Shown piece by piece: positions 1-8,542 of a DNA stretch of 25,037 nt. The notes below the pieces were generated by a model. It made no database searches and had not been told where the DNA came from. It saw only the letters and a program-made list of their open reading frames with translations. A program made the translations under genes and the position numbers. Origin of the DNA: a virus; UHGV virus genome UHGV-0332389, one strand, 5' to 3'. The stretch's first letter is position 1. The number at the start of each line of letters is the position of its first letter.

Positions 1-101
1 AGCATTAATCTTTAATCAATTTTTTACGACAATACTACTTTTATTGATAAAATTGCAACAAGTTGCTGTTGTTTTATTTTGTACACAAAGTGTCTTTAAC
101 T

Positions 102-656
102 TTATTTATCCCCTGCAGGAAACCTCTTATACAAAGTTGACACACCAACATCATAGATAATCGCCACCTTCTGGCGAGGAATGCCTGATGCAATTAATCG
201 CCCGGCCTGCGCCCATTGTTCTAGTGTAAGTTTGGGACGACGTCCCCCAATTCGTCCCTGTGCGCGAGCAGCTTCCAGTCCAGCTTTTGTTCGTTCAACA
301 ATCAGTTCTCGTTCCATTTCAGCCAGGGCACCCATCACATGAAAGAAAAAACGCCCCATCGGTGTGCTGGTATCAATAGCATCCGTCAGGCTGCGAAAAT
401 TAACGCCACGTTCGCGCAACTCCTCAACCAGAATGACCAGATGCCGCATACTACGCCCCAGCCGATCCAGCTTCCAGACAACCAGAGTATCACCTGCCGA
501 TAATGTCCTGAGCAGTTTTTTCAGTCCCGGCCTTTCGGACTTTGTACCGCTTATCTTGTCTTCAAAAATCAGCTCGCATCCTGCACAGTTCAGCGCATTA
601 CGTTGTAGATCTGTGTTCTGGTCATTTGTTGACACACGTACATAACCAATAAGCAT
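102..656 (-). CDS. pin: Serine recombinase, DNA invertase of the Pin/Gin/Hin/Cin family
   Basis: Translation MLIGYVRVSTNDQNTDLQ...GDTLVVWKLDRLGRS...VGVSTLYKRFPAGDK has the N-terminal catalytic serine motif and C-terminal HTH typical of Pin/Gin invertases. The ORF track starts 12 codons upstream, but the internal ATG at 656 has a GGGAGA Shine-Dalgarno about 7 nt upstream. Confidence 0.9.
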   Translation of the reverse strand: MLIGYVRVSTNDQNTDLQRNALNCAGCELIFEDKISGTKSERPGLKKLLRTLSAGDTLVVWKLDRLGRSMRHLVILVEELRERGVNFRSLTDAIDTSTPMGRFFFHVMGALAEMERELIVERTKAGLEAARAQGRIGGRRPKLTLEQWAQAGRLIASGIPRQKVAIIYDVGVSTLYKRFPAGDK

Positions 657-710
657 GGTAGATCTCCCTGACAAAAGCAGGAATGATGCCATTTGCTCGT
701 TATTTCTGCA

Positions 711-736
711 TTTTCATAAACGTTGGTTTGGGAGAA
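711..736. other. Left crossover site for the invertase (hix/gix-like 26 bp site)
   Basis: TTTTCATAAACGTTGGTTTGGGAGAA; its reverse complement shares the first 14 bp, including the central AA dinucleotide, with the site at 2650-2675. The sites are in inverted orientation. Confidence 0.6.
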
Positions 737-1189
737 GGCTCTGCATTACCTGTTGGTGTCCCTGTTCCGTGGCCTTCAGCCACTCCGCCAACAGGCTGGC
801 TGAAATGCAATGGTGCAGCTTTTTCTGCTGAAGAATACCCGGAACTGGCAAAGGCTTATCCGACAAATAAATTGCCTGATTTACGTGGTGAGTTTATTCG
901 CGGCTGGGATGACGGGCGCGGGGTTGACTCTGGACGAGGTTTGTTGACGGCGCAGGCGGAAACAAAGATAACTAACCACCACGGCAATGGCGGTAACGCT
1001 GATGATATTTCGGCTGGTGTCTCCGGTTCACCTCCCAAAAACTTTGTCAGAAACGCGGATTCGGCAGTTAATGCTGGTTCTGGTTTTACCGCTTTTGGCT
1101 CTGGAAATTTGACAATGAATGGTGTTACTTCTTATTTCGGTGTCCGTCCACGCAACATCGCATTTAACTACATTGTGAGGGCTGCATAA
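737..1189 (+). CDS. Silent alternative tail-fibre C-terminal cassette (variable part, promoterless in this orientation)
   Basis: ORF 683-1189 encodes ...GSALPVGVPVPWPSATPPTGWLKCNGAAFSAEEYPELAKAYP...LPDLRGEFIRGWDDGRGVD, resembling the receptor-binding C-terminus of Mu S-type fibres. The first about 18 codons of the tracked ORF span the crossover site and lie outside the segment, so the tracked start is not real. After inversion this would fuse to the constant N-terminus at 2676-2952. Confidence 0.6.
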   Translation, partial: GSALPVGVPVPWPSATPPTGWLKCNGAAFSAEEYPELAKAYPTNKLPDLRGEFIRGWDDGRGVDSGRGLLTAQAETKITNHHGNGGNADDISAGVSGSPPKNFVRNADSAVNAGSGFTAFGSGNLTMNGVTSYFGVRPRNIAFNYIVRAA

Positions 1190-1791
1190 TGGATAGCGCT
1201 GTATTAAATAGCGAGTTTATTGCCACGAAGGCGGGGGATATTACTGTCTATAATTATGATGGTGAAACACGGGAATATATTTCCATATCAACTGAATATC
1301 TTGCCGTTGGTGTCGGCATTCCGGCATGTTCCTGTTTAGATGCTCCAGGCGCATACAAAGCTGGTTATGCAATCTGCCGTTCTGCAGATTTTAAGTCATG
1401 GGAATATGTGCCAGACCATCGCGGTGAAATCGTCTTTAGCACCGAAACAGGAGAATCAAAAGAAATCACAGCTCCGGGTGATTACCCTAATAATACAACC
1501 ACTATCGCCCCATTAACGCCATACGATAAATGGGATGGTGAGAAATGGGTGACGGATACTGAGGCACAGCATAGCGCCGCAGTAGACGCGGCAGAAGCAC
1601 AGCGCCAGTCACTGATTGATGCTGCAATGGCTTCCATTAGTCTGATTCAGCTGAAATTACAGGCCGGACGGAAACTGACGCAGGCAGAAACAACCCGGCT
1701 TAACGCTGTGCTGGATTACATTGACGCGGTGACGGCAACAGATACCAGCACCGCGCCGAATGTCATCTGGCCTGAACTGCCGGAGGCGTAG
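1189..1791 (+). CDS. Tail fibre assembly protein (alternative copy, Tfa/U'-like), paired with the silent fibre cassette
   Basis: 200 aa ORF immediately following the alternative fibre cassette; C-terminus ...NVIWPELPEA parallels the ...DIEWPTPPAVQAR ending of the convergent Tfa copy. Confidence 0.75.
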   Translation: MDSAVLNSEFIATKAGDITVYNYDGETREYISISTEYLAVGVGIPACSCLDAPGAYKAGYAICRSADFKSWEYVPDHRGEIVFSTETGESKEITAPGDYPNNTTTIAPLTPYDKWDGEKWVTDTEAQHSAAVDAAEAQRQSLIDAAMASISLIQLKLQAGRKLTQAETTRLNAVLDYIDAVTATDTSTAPNVIWPELPEA

Positions 1792-2206
1792 GCCATTCAA
1801 TATCTGGAGCACTGGAGGGATCAACCAGTTCCAGTGCGTCCAGATAATCCAGCCATAAATTATATTGCTCCAGCTCGTTACCTTTCAGACGACCAATAGC
1901 AGCTTTGCCAGGCCACTGATGGGTGTTGATGTAGGTATTGGCTTCTGAAACCAAAGATATTTTTTTCATTTCAGCCATCAACACCTCATCCTCTTTTGAA
2001 GGCGGTGGGGAATTAATCCATATTGGCCGTCCTGAACTGTCAGCGCCAATTTCTTTCCCTTCTGGATGCAGCCCAAGAAATTGCTCATATGTTTCTCGGG
2101 TAATTTCAATAACATCATCTGGAAGCGTTCCCGCATCCTCATATTCTGGAAACAATTCTTGTAGATAAAAACTTTTACTTCCGGGTGAAAAGAATACTGA
2201 GTTCAT
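1763..2206 (-). CDS. Tail fibre assembly protein (expressed copy, Tfa/U-like)
   Basis: 147 aa ORF directly downstream of the tail fibre gene on the same strand; its 3' end overlaps the convergent copy by 29 bp. Confidence 0.75.
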   Translation of the reverse strand: MNSVFFSPGSKSFYLQELFPEYEDAGTLPDDVIEITRETYEQFLGLHPEGKEIGADSSGRPIWINSPPPSKEDEVLMAEMKKISLVSEANTYINTHQWPGKAAIGRLKGNELEQYNLWLDYLDALELVDPSSAPDIEWPTPPAVQAR

Positions 2207-2208
2207 TC

Positions 2209-2952
2209 TTACCGTCCAATGATTAACGCTGAGACGCTGGTATCTGAAGGAAAGGCTGCATTCAGTGGTTTGTCGACTTTGAATACAATCGTATTATTCC
2301 CCCGGACAGCGGCAAAAGAACAAACCGCCGTCGCGTATGAACCTGTAATATTACTGGATACACCGCCATAAGCTGTTGTTGATACCAGAGGGATAACGCC
2401 CAGCACCTTATTAGGAAATACAAAGGGCAATGTGGCTGTGGCAATATAAGACTTATTAGAACCTGTAATGGCATAAGCATTATCAGTCATTCCATTCATC
2501 GCCACTGGACCGCTTATACTTACAGTAACCATCTGAGTGATTAGCCCGTCAGGTTGACGAATCACAAAATTTCCATTGCCACCAGTAACCGTCCAGAAAG
2601 ACATATCAGGGATTTGGTTTTCCCCGTTGCCCACATTCCGTTTTGCCGCTTCTCCCAAACCAAGGTTTTCGAGAGCCGTTTTCACCGTGCCATCCGATTT
2701 GATATCGCCAAACGGATTCTTGCGGCTTAACAGCAGCGCGCGAAGCGCGGTAAGTAGCTGGTCGTGCCGCCCCTTCTCCAGGCTGGCACCGGACGCCTCC
2801 ACAACGCTGCAAAGCTCCTCCTGCAACATGTCAAAGTAGTCATCATCCAGATCGGTGGCAGGCGTGCCGGTCTGGGGGTTACCACGGGTAAAACCGTTCT
2901 TACCCGCGCCGAACTTATCCTTCTGCGCGGTTTTCGTGTCTATACGATGCAT
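2209..2952 (-). CDS. Tail fibre protein (Mu S-like): constant N-terminal part plus the currently selected variable C-terminal part
   Basis: 247 aa, [48 protein letters not shown]...; GGAG Shine-Dalgarno 7 nt upstream; the crossover site at 2650-2675 falls at codons for ENLGLGE. Confidence 0.8.
   Translation of the reverse strand: MHRIDTKTAQKDKFGAGKNGFTRGNPQTGTPATDLDDDYFDMLQEELCSVVEASGASLEKGRHDQLLTALRALLLSRKNPFGDIKSDGTVKTALENLGLGEAAKRNVGNGENQIPDMSFWTVTGGNGNFVIRQPDGLITQMVTVSISGPVAMNGMTDNAYAITGSNKSYIATATLPFVFPNKVLGVIPLVSTTAYGGVSSNITGSYATAVCSFAAVRGNNTIVFKVDKPLNAAFPSDTSVSALIIGR
2650..2675. other. Right crossover site for the invertase (hix/gix-like), inside the tail fibre gene
   Basis: TTCTCCCAAACCAAGGTTTTCGAGAG; matches the remembered hixL sequence TTCTTGAAAACCAAGGTTTTTGATAA at most positions, including the central AA. 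Confidence 0.65.
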
Positions 2953-2955
2953 GGA

Positions 2956-3540
2956 TTACTCCGGATATTTAAAAATTACGTAGGTATGCGACGGGCAGAG
3001 TTTGTTAAGCACACATTCGACAACTGTGTCGCCCCAGATACGCAGTGCGGAATCACAGGGATCGCCACATGTCATCCAGGTGGTGTTGGTGGCGGCTGGC
3101 ATGTTGACCTGCCAGTAATACCGCCATTCCGGCGCATTCACTGCGTCAGTACAGGCCGATGAGCAGGTGAACGTGCTTTTGTCGTATCGCGTGATGGTGG
3201 CGTCTGGTCTGCCCAGGGCAGCAAGCTGTGCAAGGTAAAAATCCTCATTGATGCCGCCCGCCAGATTAACCTTCGCATCCAGCCGTTGCTGACGCTGACG
3301 AAGGGTCTGCGTTCCCGCCGGAATACATTCATCCGGCAGGCCGCACAGACGCTCCCAGCGGTTTATCAGTTCAGTGGTGGTGCGCGGATCCAGCTCCCGC
3401 ATCAGGGCATCCGCACGCTGATGAACGCGGGTTAATGACGGTGCCGCACCGGCAATCGCCGGATCGCTGGCTGACCACGCCGGACCGGGCGGCAACAGTG
3501 CCGATAACAGGCGGATGTAATCATCGTTTGTCACGTCCAT
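2956..3540 (-). CDS. Tail/baseplate protein, Mu gp48-like (YmfQ-like)
   Basis: 194 aa ORF between the baseplate J-like gene and the tail fibre gene; position and sequence recall the YmfQ/gp48 family. Confidence 0.65.
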   Translation of the reverse strand: MDVTNDDYIRLLSALLPPGPAWSASDPAIAGAAPSLTRVHQRADALMRELDPRTTTELINRWERLCGLPDECIPAGTQTLRQRQQRLDAKVNLAGGINEDFYLAQLAALGRPDATITRYDKSTFTCSSACTDAVNAPEWRYYWQVNMPAATNTTWMTCGDPCDSALRIWGDTVVECVLNKLCPSHTYVIFKYPE

Positions 3541-4589
3541 GAAATCGTCCCCAGTACCGCCAGTTCGTTTTTCGCAATGGAGATATTGTCCACCGGTGCA
3601 AGCAACTGATGGCTGTATTCCCCGTTCGCACCGGAAATCGCCTCACTGATACGCGATACCTTCAGTTCTCCCTGCGGATAACCATCACGCAGCAGGAACG
3701 AACGCAACTCCGCGGTAATGGCAGCCCGTATTTCTGGTGTATCCGGCGTCACACGGATATGAAAATCCACCGTATGCGCCACCGGCCTGAACACATACAA
3801 ATCAGAGCCTGCCACCGGGGCCAGTGGCTCGATATGCAGCCTTGCCGCCGTTTCCGTTGATTCTTCCGGAATGGGATTAATCAGGTCGCTGCTGGCAATC
3901 ATCACACCGACAGTCCCCGTTCCCATCCAGTGTCGGTATGTCCATGCGCGGGTAATGCCGGGCACTTCTTTAGCCCAGACGACATAGTCCCCGTCAGCCC
4001 CGCCCTGAGGCGTCCAGTAATACCGCTCAATGACGCGGGCGCGCCACGTTTCCAGCTCTTCAGTATCAAATCCGCCTGTAAGGGTGTCAGCCACACCGGA
4101 AGACGGCAGACCATTCACCGGCGTGACCAGGATTAATGCCGTACCGTCGTCAGCGTTACCGACCGCACCTGCACTTGAGCAGGCGATCGGCACGCGCAGG
4201 ACACCACCGGAGCTGGTTGCATCGGCAGTTGCCGTGTACTGAACCAGGTCATCGCGCTGAATAACACTCCCGGCGGTCACCTTCAGGCCATCGCTGACAC
4301 CTTCCCAGCGCATATACCCGCTGGCAGCCGTGGCCCCCTTGCGCGGACACCGTTTCATCGCAGCATGTCGCGCCAGCCAGGACTCATCGCACAGGTCAGG
4401 CAGCATGTTCATTGCCAGATAATCGATGTACCCGTAAACCGTATGCAGCGCCGCCGCATACACCTTTGCCCGCACGTCTTCATCCATGCGCCGGAGCGTG
4501 TCGCTGACGTCCAGCCTGGCGAATAAATCGTTACGGAGCATACTGATATTTTCTGCCAGCGTCGGGCGCTGAAATTCACTGTCCGCCAT
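3531..4589 (-). CDS. Baseplate J-like protein (Mu gp47-like)
   Basis: 352 aa ORF in conserved Mu-type baseplate order; overlapping start/stop with neighbours. Confidence 0.8.
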   Translation of the reverse strand: MADSEFQRPTLAENISMLRNDLFARLDVSDTLRRMDEDVRAKVYAAALHTVYGYIDYLAMNMLPDLCDESWLARHAAMKRCPRKGATAASGYMRWEGVSDGLKVTAGSVIQRDDLVQYTATADATSSGGVLRVPIACSSAGAVGNADDGTALILVTPVNGLPSSGVADTLTGGFDTEELETWRARVIERYYWTPQGGADGDYVVWAKEVPGITRAWTYRHWMGTGTVGVMIASSDLINPIPEESTETAARLHIEPLAPVAGSDLYVFRPVAHTVDFHIRVTPDTPEIRAAITAELRSFLLRDGYPQGELKVSRISEAISGANGEYSHQLLAPVDNISIAKNELAVLGTISWT

Positions 4590-5004
4590 GCGTTATCGCA
4601 CTCCACAGATCATCAAAAGAAATCATTACCGGTCCGTCACGACGCCAGAGAGTGATACTGTTACCCAGTTCATTAATCCCGGTGCGGCGGATATCCAGAT
4701 CAATACGGGACACCACGCCGTCATCAATCATCCATTGCAGGCATTCGCGGATATATCCCCTTACCGTCTGCACCAGCTGATTGGTCAGTTTGCTGCGCTG
4801 AAGCAGCCACAGTCGGGAGCCGTAACGGTCATTCTGTACCGCAGGCCAGGTATCCCCCCACCATCCCATCGGGACGTCGGCATTGTCATCAGGTTCAGCC
4901 CGCCGCCAGGTGAACAGGGAAATCACCACGGCACGGGTCAGCGGATCCAGCGGTGCGCTGGCGCAGGTGCGTTTACCGTTCACCGTCAGCCACAGTTCCA
5001 TCAT
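4576..5004 (-). CDS. Baseplate protein, Mu gp46-like
   Basis: 142 aa ORF at the conserved position between the spike and J-like genes. Confidence 0.7.
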   Translation of the reverse strand: MMELWLTVNGKRTCASAPLDPLTRAVVISLFTWRRAEPDDNADVPMGWWGDTWPAVQNDRYGSRLWLLQRSKLTNQLVQTVRGYIRECLQWMIDDGVVSRIDLDIRRTGINELGNSITLWRRDGPVMISFDDLWSAITHGGQ

Positions 5005-5549
5005 GCCTCCATCGCTTTATCAGGTTTGTCGGTGTTACTGCCCTGACCGTTCTCTCTGTGACGATGCCCGTTATAGGCAAGCCGCATCGCTGACATGGTG
5101 GTGCCGGTGGAGTCGCACAGGTCTTTCACCTGTCCGGTCACTTCCAGGTCCATTTCAAAACGAGCCTTAGGCGCATTGCGAAACGTGATTGTTTTACCTG
5201 CACCGTCCACCACGATCCCCTCCCGGGTCAGCGTCACGGACTGCCCCTGATCGTCATAGACAGCCACCTCCCCCGTATGCAGCCCTTTCAGGCGGTAGCG
5301 CCGGTCCGACACCGTAACAACCACCGCATGAGAACGGTCGCCATCCGGAAACAACACCACCGCTTCCGCACCGCTGTTTGCCCTTGCGGTAAAACCGTAG
5401 GGTTCAAGATGTTCAACCCCGGCTTTGGGTTCACCGGCAATCAGGGACACATCCACGGTCTGACATTTCGTGGCGGCACTGATGCTTTTCACCACTGCCC
5501 GCCCAATCAGGCCGAGAAGTTGTCGCTGCATGGCTTCAATCGTCCTCAT
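5001..5549 (-). CDS. Baseplate assembly / spike protein (Mu gp45-like, gpV-like)
   Basis: 182 aa ORF at conserved position; overlaps the stop of the upstream gene. Confidence 0.7.
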   Translation of the reverse strand: MRTIEAMQRQLLGLIGRAVVKSISAATKCQTVDVSLIAGEPKAGVEHLEPYGFTARANSGAEAVVLFPDGDRSHAVVVTVSDRRYRLKGLHTGEVAVYDDQGQSVTLTREGIVVDGAGKTITFRNAPKARFEMDLEVTGQVKDLCDSTGTTMSAMRLAYNGHRHRENGQGSNTDKPDKAMEA

Positions 5550-6628
5550 CAGAACGGGTCCTCCTGTACTCTGGCTTTTTTCTTTTTCCGCGCGCCGGGG
5601 TCTTCAGGTTCAGGCAGATAAGCATCAGGCGGGCCGACACGGATTTCCGTCAGGGTGCCGTTCTGGTCCTGAGTAAACGTGACTTCCGAAACAAGCAGTT
5701 CGGTATTGTCGAAACCACAGACCGGATCAAAGACAATCACCCGCTGGTTGGGCTGCCACAGCGTACCGTTACCCTGTCGCCAGCCCTGCACCACATAGGT
5801 GGTTTCATCCGTCCGCGCCGCCCGTTGCCGGGCTTCAAAGTCAGCACGCGCAATACAGCCTGCCCCCGTAGCCTGCCCTGTCTGCCTGATATACATCGGA
5901 CGGTAACGGGCAATAAATGCGTCCTCTGTGCGGGCCCGCAGCGCGGTGGTGGTGGCCTCACCGAAATCATCGTCGTTTCCGGCACGCTGCCCCGCCACCT
6001 GGTAAACAGAAAACCGCTCCCGGATACTCTTCTCCGTATCGCAGGAAAGGATGTTTTCCCCGAGTACCAGCGCGGTATGTGCCCGCGTTGAGCCAATACC
6101 GCCAATCACCAGCCTGCCGTGCGGGTCGTCGTAAGCCAGTGCCTGCTGCTGACCGAGTATTTTGTTGATTACCTCAATCACCGTTTCACCGTGATCAGGC
6201 TGAACATCAGGAATAACACCCGACGGCGCACCGCTGTTCACCACCTCAATGCCGAAAGGCGCAGCAAGCGCCTGCGCAATCTGTACCAGCGATCGTCCGT
6301 TAAACTGTGTCGGTTCGGCTGCACAGTCAATCAGGTCAGCGGTCAGACTGCGTCCGGCAATACCGGTGCTGACCGAACGGGCATCGTAACGAACGGGAGT
6401 CGCCTCCACCCAGCCGGTGATCACCAGCTCATCACCAATCAGCACTTCCACTTTTGAACCGTTTTTAATGCGCGGCTGAAGCGTGGTGATACCCTCATCT
6501 CCCGGCCACTGGCGAGTGATCTCCACACTGAAATCCCGCGCCAGCCGTTCAATACCGGCACCGATGCGCACCGATGTCCAGCCATTCCACTCCCGGCCAT
6601 TTACCCGTAGCGTGACATTGTCGTTCAT
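5549..6628 (-). CDS. Baseplate hub / tail protein, Mu gp44 (P)-like, P2 gpD-like
   Basis: 359 aa ORF with Lys-rich C-terminus (ARKKKKARVQEDPF); position downstream of the DNA circulation protein. Confidence 0.75.
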   Translation of the reverse strand: MNDNVTLRVNGREWNGWTSVRIGAGIERLARDFSVEITRQWPGDEGITTLQPRIKNGSKVEVLIGDELVITGWVEATPVRYDARSVSTGIAGRSLTADLIDCAAEPTQFNGRSLVQIAQALAAPFGIEVVNSGAPSGVIPDVQPDHGETVIEVINKILGQQQALAYDDPHGRLVIGGIGSTRAHTALVLGENILSCDTEKSIRERFSVYQVAGQRAGNDDDFGEATTTALRARTEDAFIARYRPMYIRQTGQATGAGCIARADFEARQRAARTDETTYVVQGWRQGNGTLWQPNQRVIVFDPVCGFDNTELLVSEVTFTQDQNGTLTEIRVGPPDAYLPEPEDPGARKKKKARVQEDPF

Positions 6629-7953
6629 TGCACTGGCACCTTCAGAGGGATCACCGGCACAAAGCCGGGATGCGTAATGGCATTACGCCGGATAATGTCC
6701 GCGTCACGCGCCGCGTTATCAAACCAGGTAGCCGCCAGCACCAGCGCGGGTAAAACCTCATCCGGTGTGCGCTGAATGATCCGTGCAGACTGTTCAAGGC
6801 GCGTGTTGATATCCGCATTCAGATCTGCTTTCACCCGGCGCAGCGCCAGAAACAGCGCATCACTGGTTGTACGGGACAACTCCTTATCAATTGCCGTATT
6901 CAGTGTGTCGCGAATGTCAGTCAGTTCTTCCCACGTCGGCAGGTCAACCGTGTTTTTCACCGCCGGTACATTGTTTAGTGCCGGATGCGTGACGGAAGGC
7001 CAGCCAGTGCTCTGCGCGGGTGTTGTTGCCTGCCCCACTGCGGAATTCTGCATCACCGCGGAAATTGTTGGCGCAGGCAATCGGGTGACGGCATACGCCG
7101 CTTCGCTGATTGCGGTCGTACGAAGGGTGCTGGCAACCACGTTACGCTGCTGCGTCGCCGTGGCGGTGGTTTTACTGTCCGTTTTCCAGACGCCGCGCGG
7201 TTGCAGATCGCTGCCGAGGCTGACACCGGAAAGCGTTTTGATCATGGTGACCAGGTCGCTGGCGTTACCATAAAGGCGTTTCCCGGTACGCCACATTTTC
7301 TGCACCTGCTCAACGAAATTTTTGCCTGACGATGGCGGCGGCAGAAGTACCGAGATATCACCCTGCAACAGCCTGGCGGCATCCGATACGGCAGAATCCA
7401 CCACTTTCATCGCATCAGAAACATACCCAAGCATTGTGCTGGCATTACCGATAACGTCGTTCTGCACAAAATCCGCCACGCCATCGATACTGAAACCGCT
7501 GAAGCTGTCACTGATGCAGTCATCCAGTGCAGAACAGGATGACATCAGCGTCTGCGCCGTCGCCACGCCTGATGTGGGGTAAGAGAGATCTCCCGCTTCG
7601 ACAAACTTCAGGTCAAAGCGGACAATACGCCCTTCACTCTTCGATGTGCTGACCCGAACTTCCCCGTCAACACAGACTTTCAACTCACCGTATGTCGGGT
7701 GGACAAGCGTGCCGGGACCGGGTTTATTCAGCGCGTCAATCAGGCGATCGCGCTGGTCAAAGCAGTCATCTCCCACCACATAAGCCGTGATGGACGGGCG
7801 GAAAGTGACTTTTCCCAGATCTTCGGTATAGGGTTTGTCGCGGTTCGGATATTCGTGTGTTTCCACACGACGGCCGGTTCCCGCACTTTCTTCTTCAACC
7901 TTAAACGGCACACCTCGAAATGACGCATCCTGAAGCCTGTCTTTCCACGTCAT
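6625..7953 (-). CDS. DNA circulation protein (Mu N/gp43-like)
   Basis: Contains MTWKDRLQDASFRGVPFKVEEES, typical of the Mu N family N-terminus. The tracked ORF begins at 8001 inside the AT-rich insertion; start is assigned to the internal ATG at 7953, though the ribosome-binding site is weak in either case. Confidence 0.8.
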   Translation of the reverse strand: MTWKDRLQDASFRGVPFKVEEESAGTGRRVETHEYPNRDKPYTEDLGKVTFRPSITAYVVGDDCFDQRDRLIDALNKPGPGTLVHPTYGELKVCVDGEVRVSTSKSEGRIVRFDLKFVEAGDLSYPTSGVATAQTLMSSCSALDDCISDSFSGFSIDGVADFVQNDVIGNASTMLGYVSDAMKVVDSAVSDAARLLQGDISVLLPPPSSGKNFVEQVQKMWRTGKRLYGNASDLVTMIKTLSGVSLGSDLQPRGVWKTDSKTTATATQQRNVVASTLRTTAISEAAYAVTRLPAPTISAVMQNSAVGQATTPAQSTGWPSVTHPALNNVPAVKNTVDLPTWEELTDIRDTLNTAIDKELSRTTSDALFLALRRVKADLNADINTRLEQSARIIQRTPDEVLPALVLAATWFDNAARDADIIRRNAITHPGFVPVIPLKVPVQ

Positions 7954-8063
7954 ATAAGTCCCATATTTATTATCAGTAGTAATATTTACTGGTAATGCCA
8001 TAATTTGTAGTGGTAGCCATTACCATTTGTAACTATATAAATTATTAGCATTAAGGTGATAAC

Positions 8064-8510
8064 ATGAAGAAATTATTAAAATGGATTTTATATATTTTCA
8101 TCGGGTTGGTGATTATTGGATATTTTGCAGGCAATAACGATAAAGGCTCTAATTCTTCATACTCATCCGATACGGAAGCTGCGGCACCGCAAAAAGAAAT
8201 CTACAACACTACTGCTCGACAGCTGTTTAAAGAGTATGAAGAAAATGAAGTCGCTACCGATGAACAGTTAAAAGGTAAATTAATCGCCGTTAGAGGTATC
8301 GTACAATCCATTGATAAGGACTTTACTGACTCTATAATTATTAAATTCAGAACTGAAAATGAATTCATGCCAGCAAGAATGGAGATGCAAGACTCTGAAA
8401 AATCAACAGCTGCTGCTCTTAAAAAAGGAGAACAAGTAACTGTTATTTGCGAAAAAATGTCCAGAATTGTCGGCTCCCCATCAGGCCGAAATTGCGTGTT
8501 CGCACAGTAA
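8064..8510 (+). CDS. Moron: membrane-anchored OB-fold-like protein of unknown function (resembles tRNA_anti-like / OB-fold putative lipoprotein family)
   Basis: 148 aa ORF on the opposite strand to all flanking tail genes, in a visibly AT-rich block; AAGGTGA Shine-Dalgarno 5 nt upstream of the ATG; N-terminal hydrophobic anchor MKKLLKWILYIFIGLVIIGYFAG followed by a soluble domain. Confidence 0.7.
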   Translation: MKKLLKWILYIFIGLVIIGYFAGNNDKGSNSSYSSDTEAAAPQKEIYNTTARQLFKEYEENEVATDEQLKGKLIAVRGIVQSIDKDFTDSIIIKFRTENEFMPARMEMQDSEKSTAAALKKGEQVTVICEKMSRIVGSPSGRNCVFAQ

Positions 8511-8542
8511 GTTCAGGGGGGGGCGGCCCTCCCTGTTCGTCT

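Larger units (their letters stand above)
711..2675. other. Invertible tail-fibre host-range segment (G/P-segment-like), about 1.9 kb, flanked by inverted crossover sites and adjacent to pin
   Basis: Two hix-like sites in inverted orientation; one sits inside the tail fibre gene at the constant/variable junction (NLGLGE) and the other at the 5' end of a promoterless alternative C-terminal cassette; two convergent tail-fibre-assembly genes lie between them. Confidence 0.7.

Noticed and set aside
54-80. Possible intrinsic terminator (CAACA-AGTTGC-TGTTG then TTTTATTTT) downstream of pin
   Set aside because: The stem is short and AT-rich and the T-tract is on the plus strand, whereas pin is on the minus strand. 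At best it is a weak terminator for transcription entering from the left.
683-736. N-terminal 18 codons (MMPFARYFCIFINVGLGE) of the tracked ORF 683-1189 as a real start
   Set aside because: This stretch spans the invertase crossover site and the pin promoter region outside the invertible segment. The cassette is a promoterless alternative C-terminus that only becomes coding after inversion.
7954-8001. Upstream start of the DNA circulation protein at 8001
   Set aside because: The extension is encoded by the AT-rich insert and has no ribosome-binding site; the conserved N-terminal motif begins at the internal Met (MTWKDRL...).
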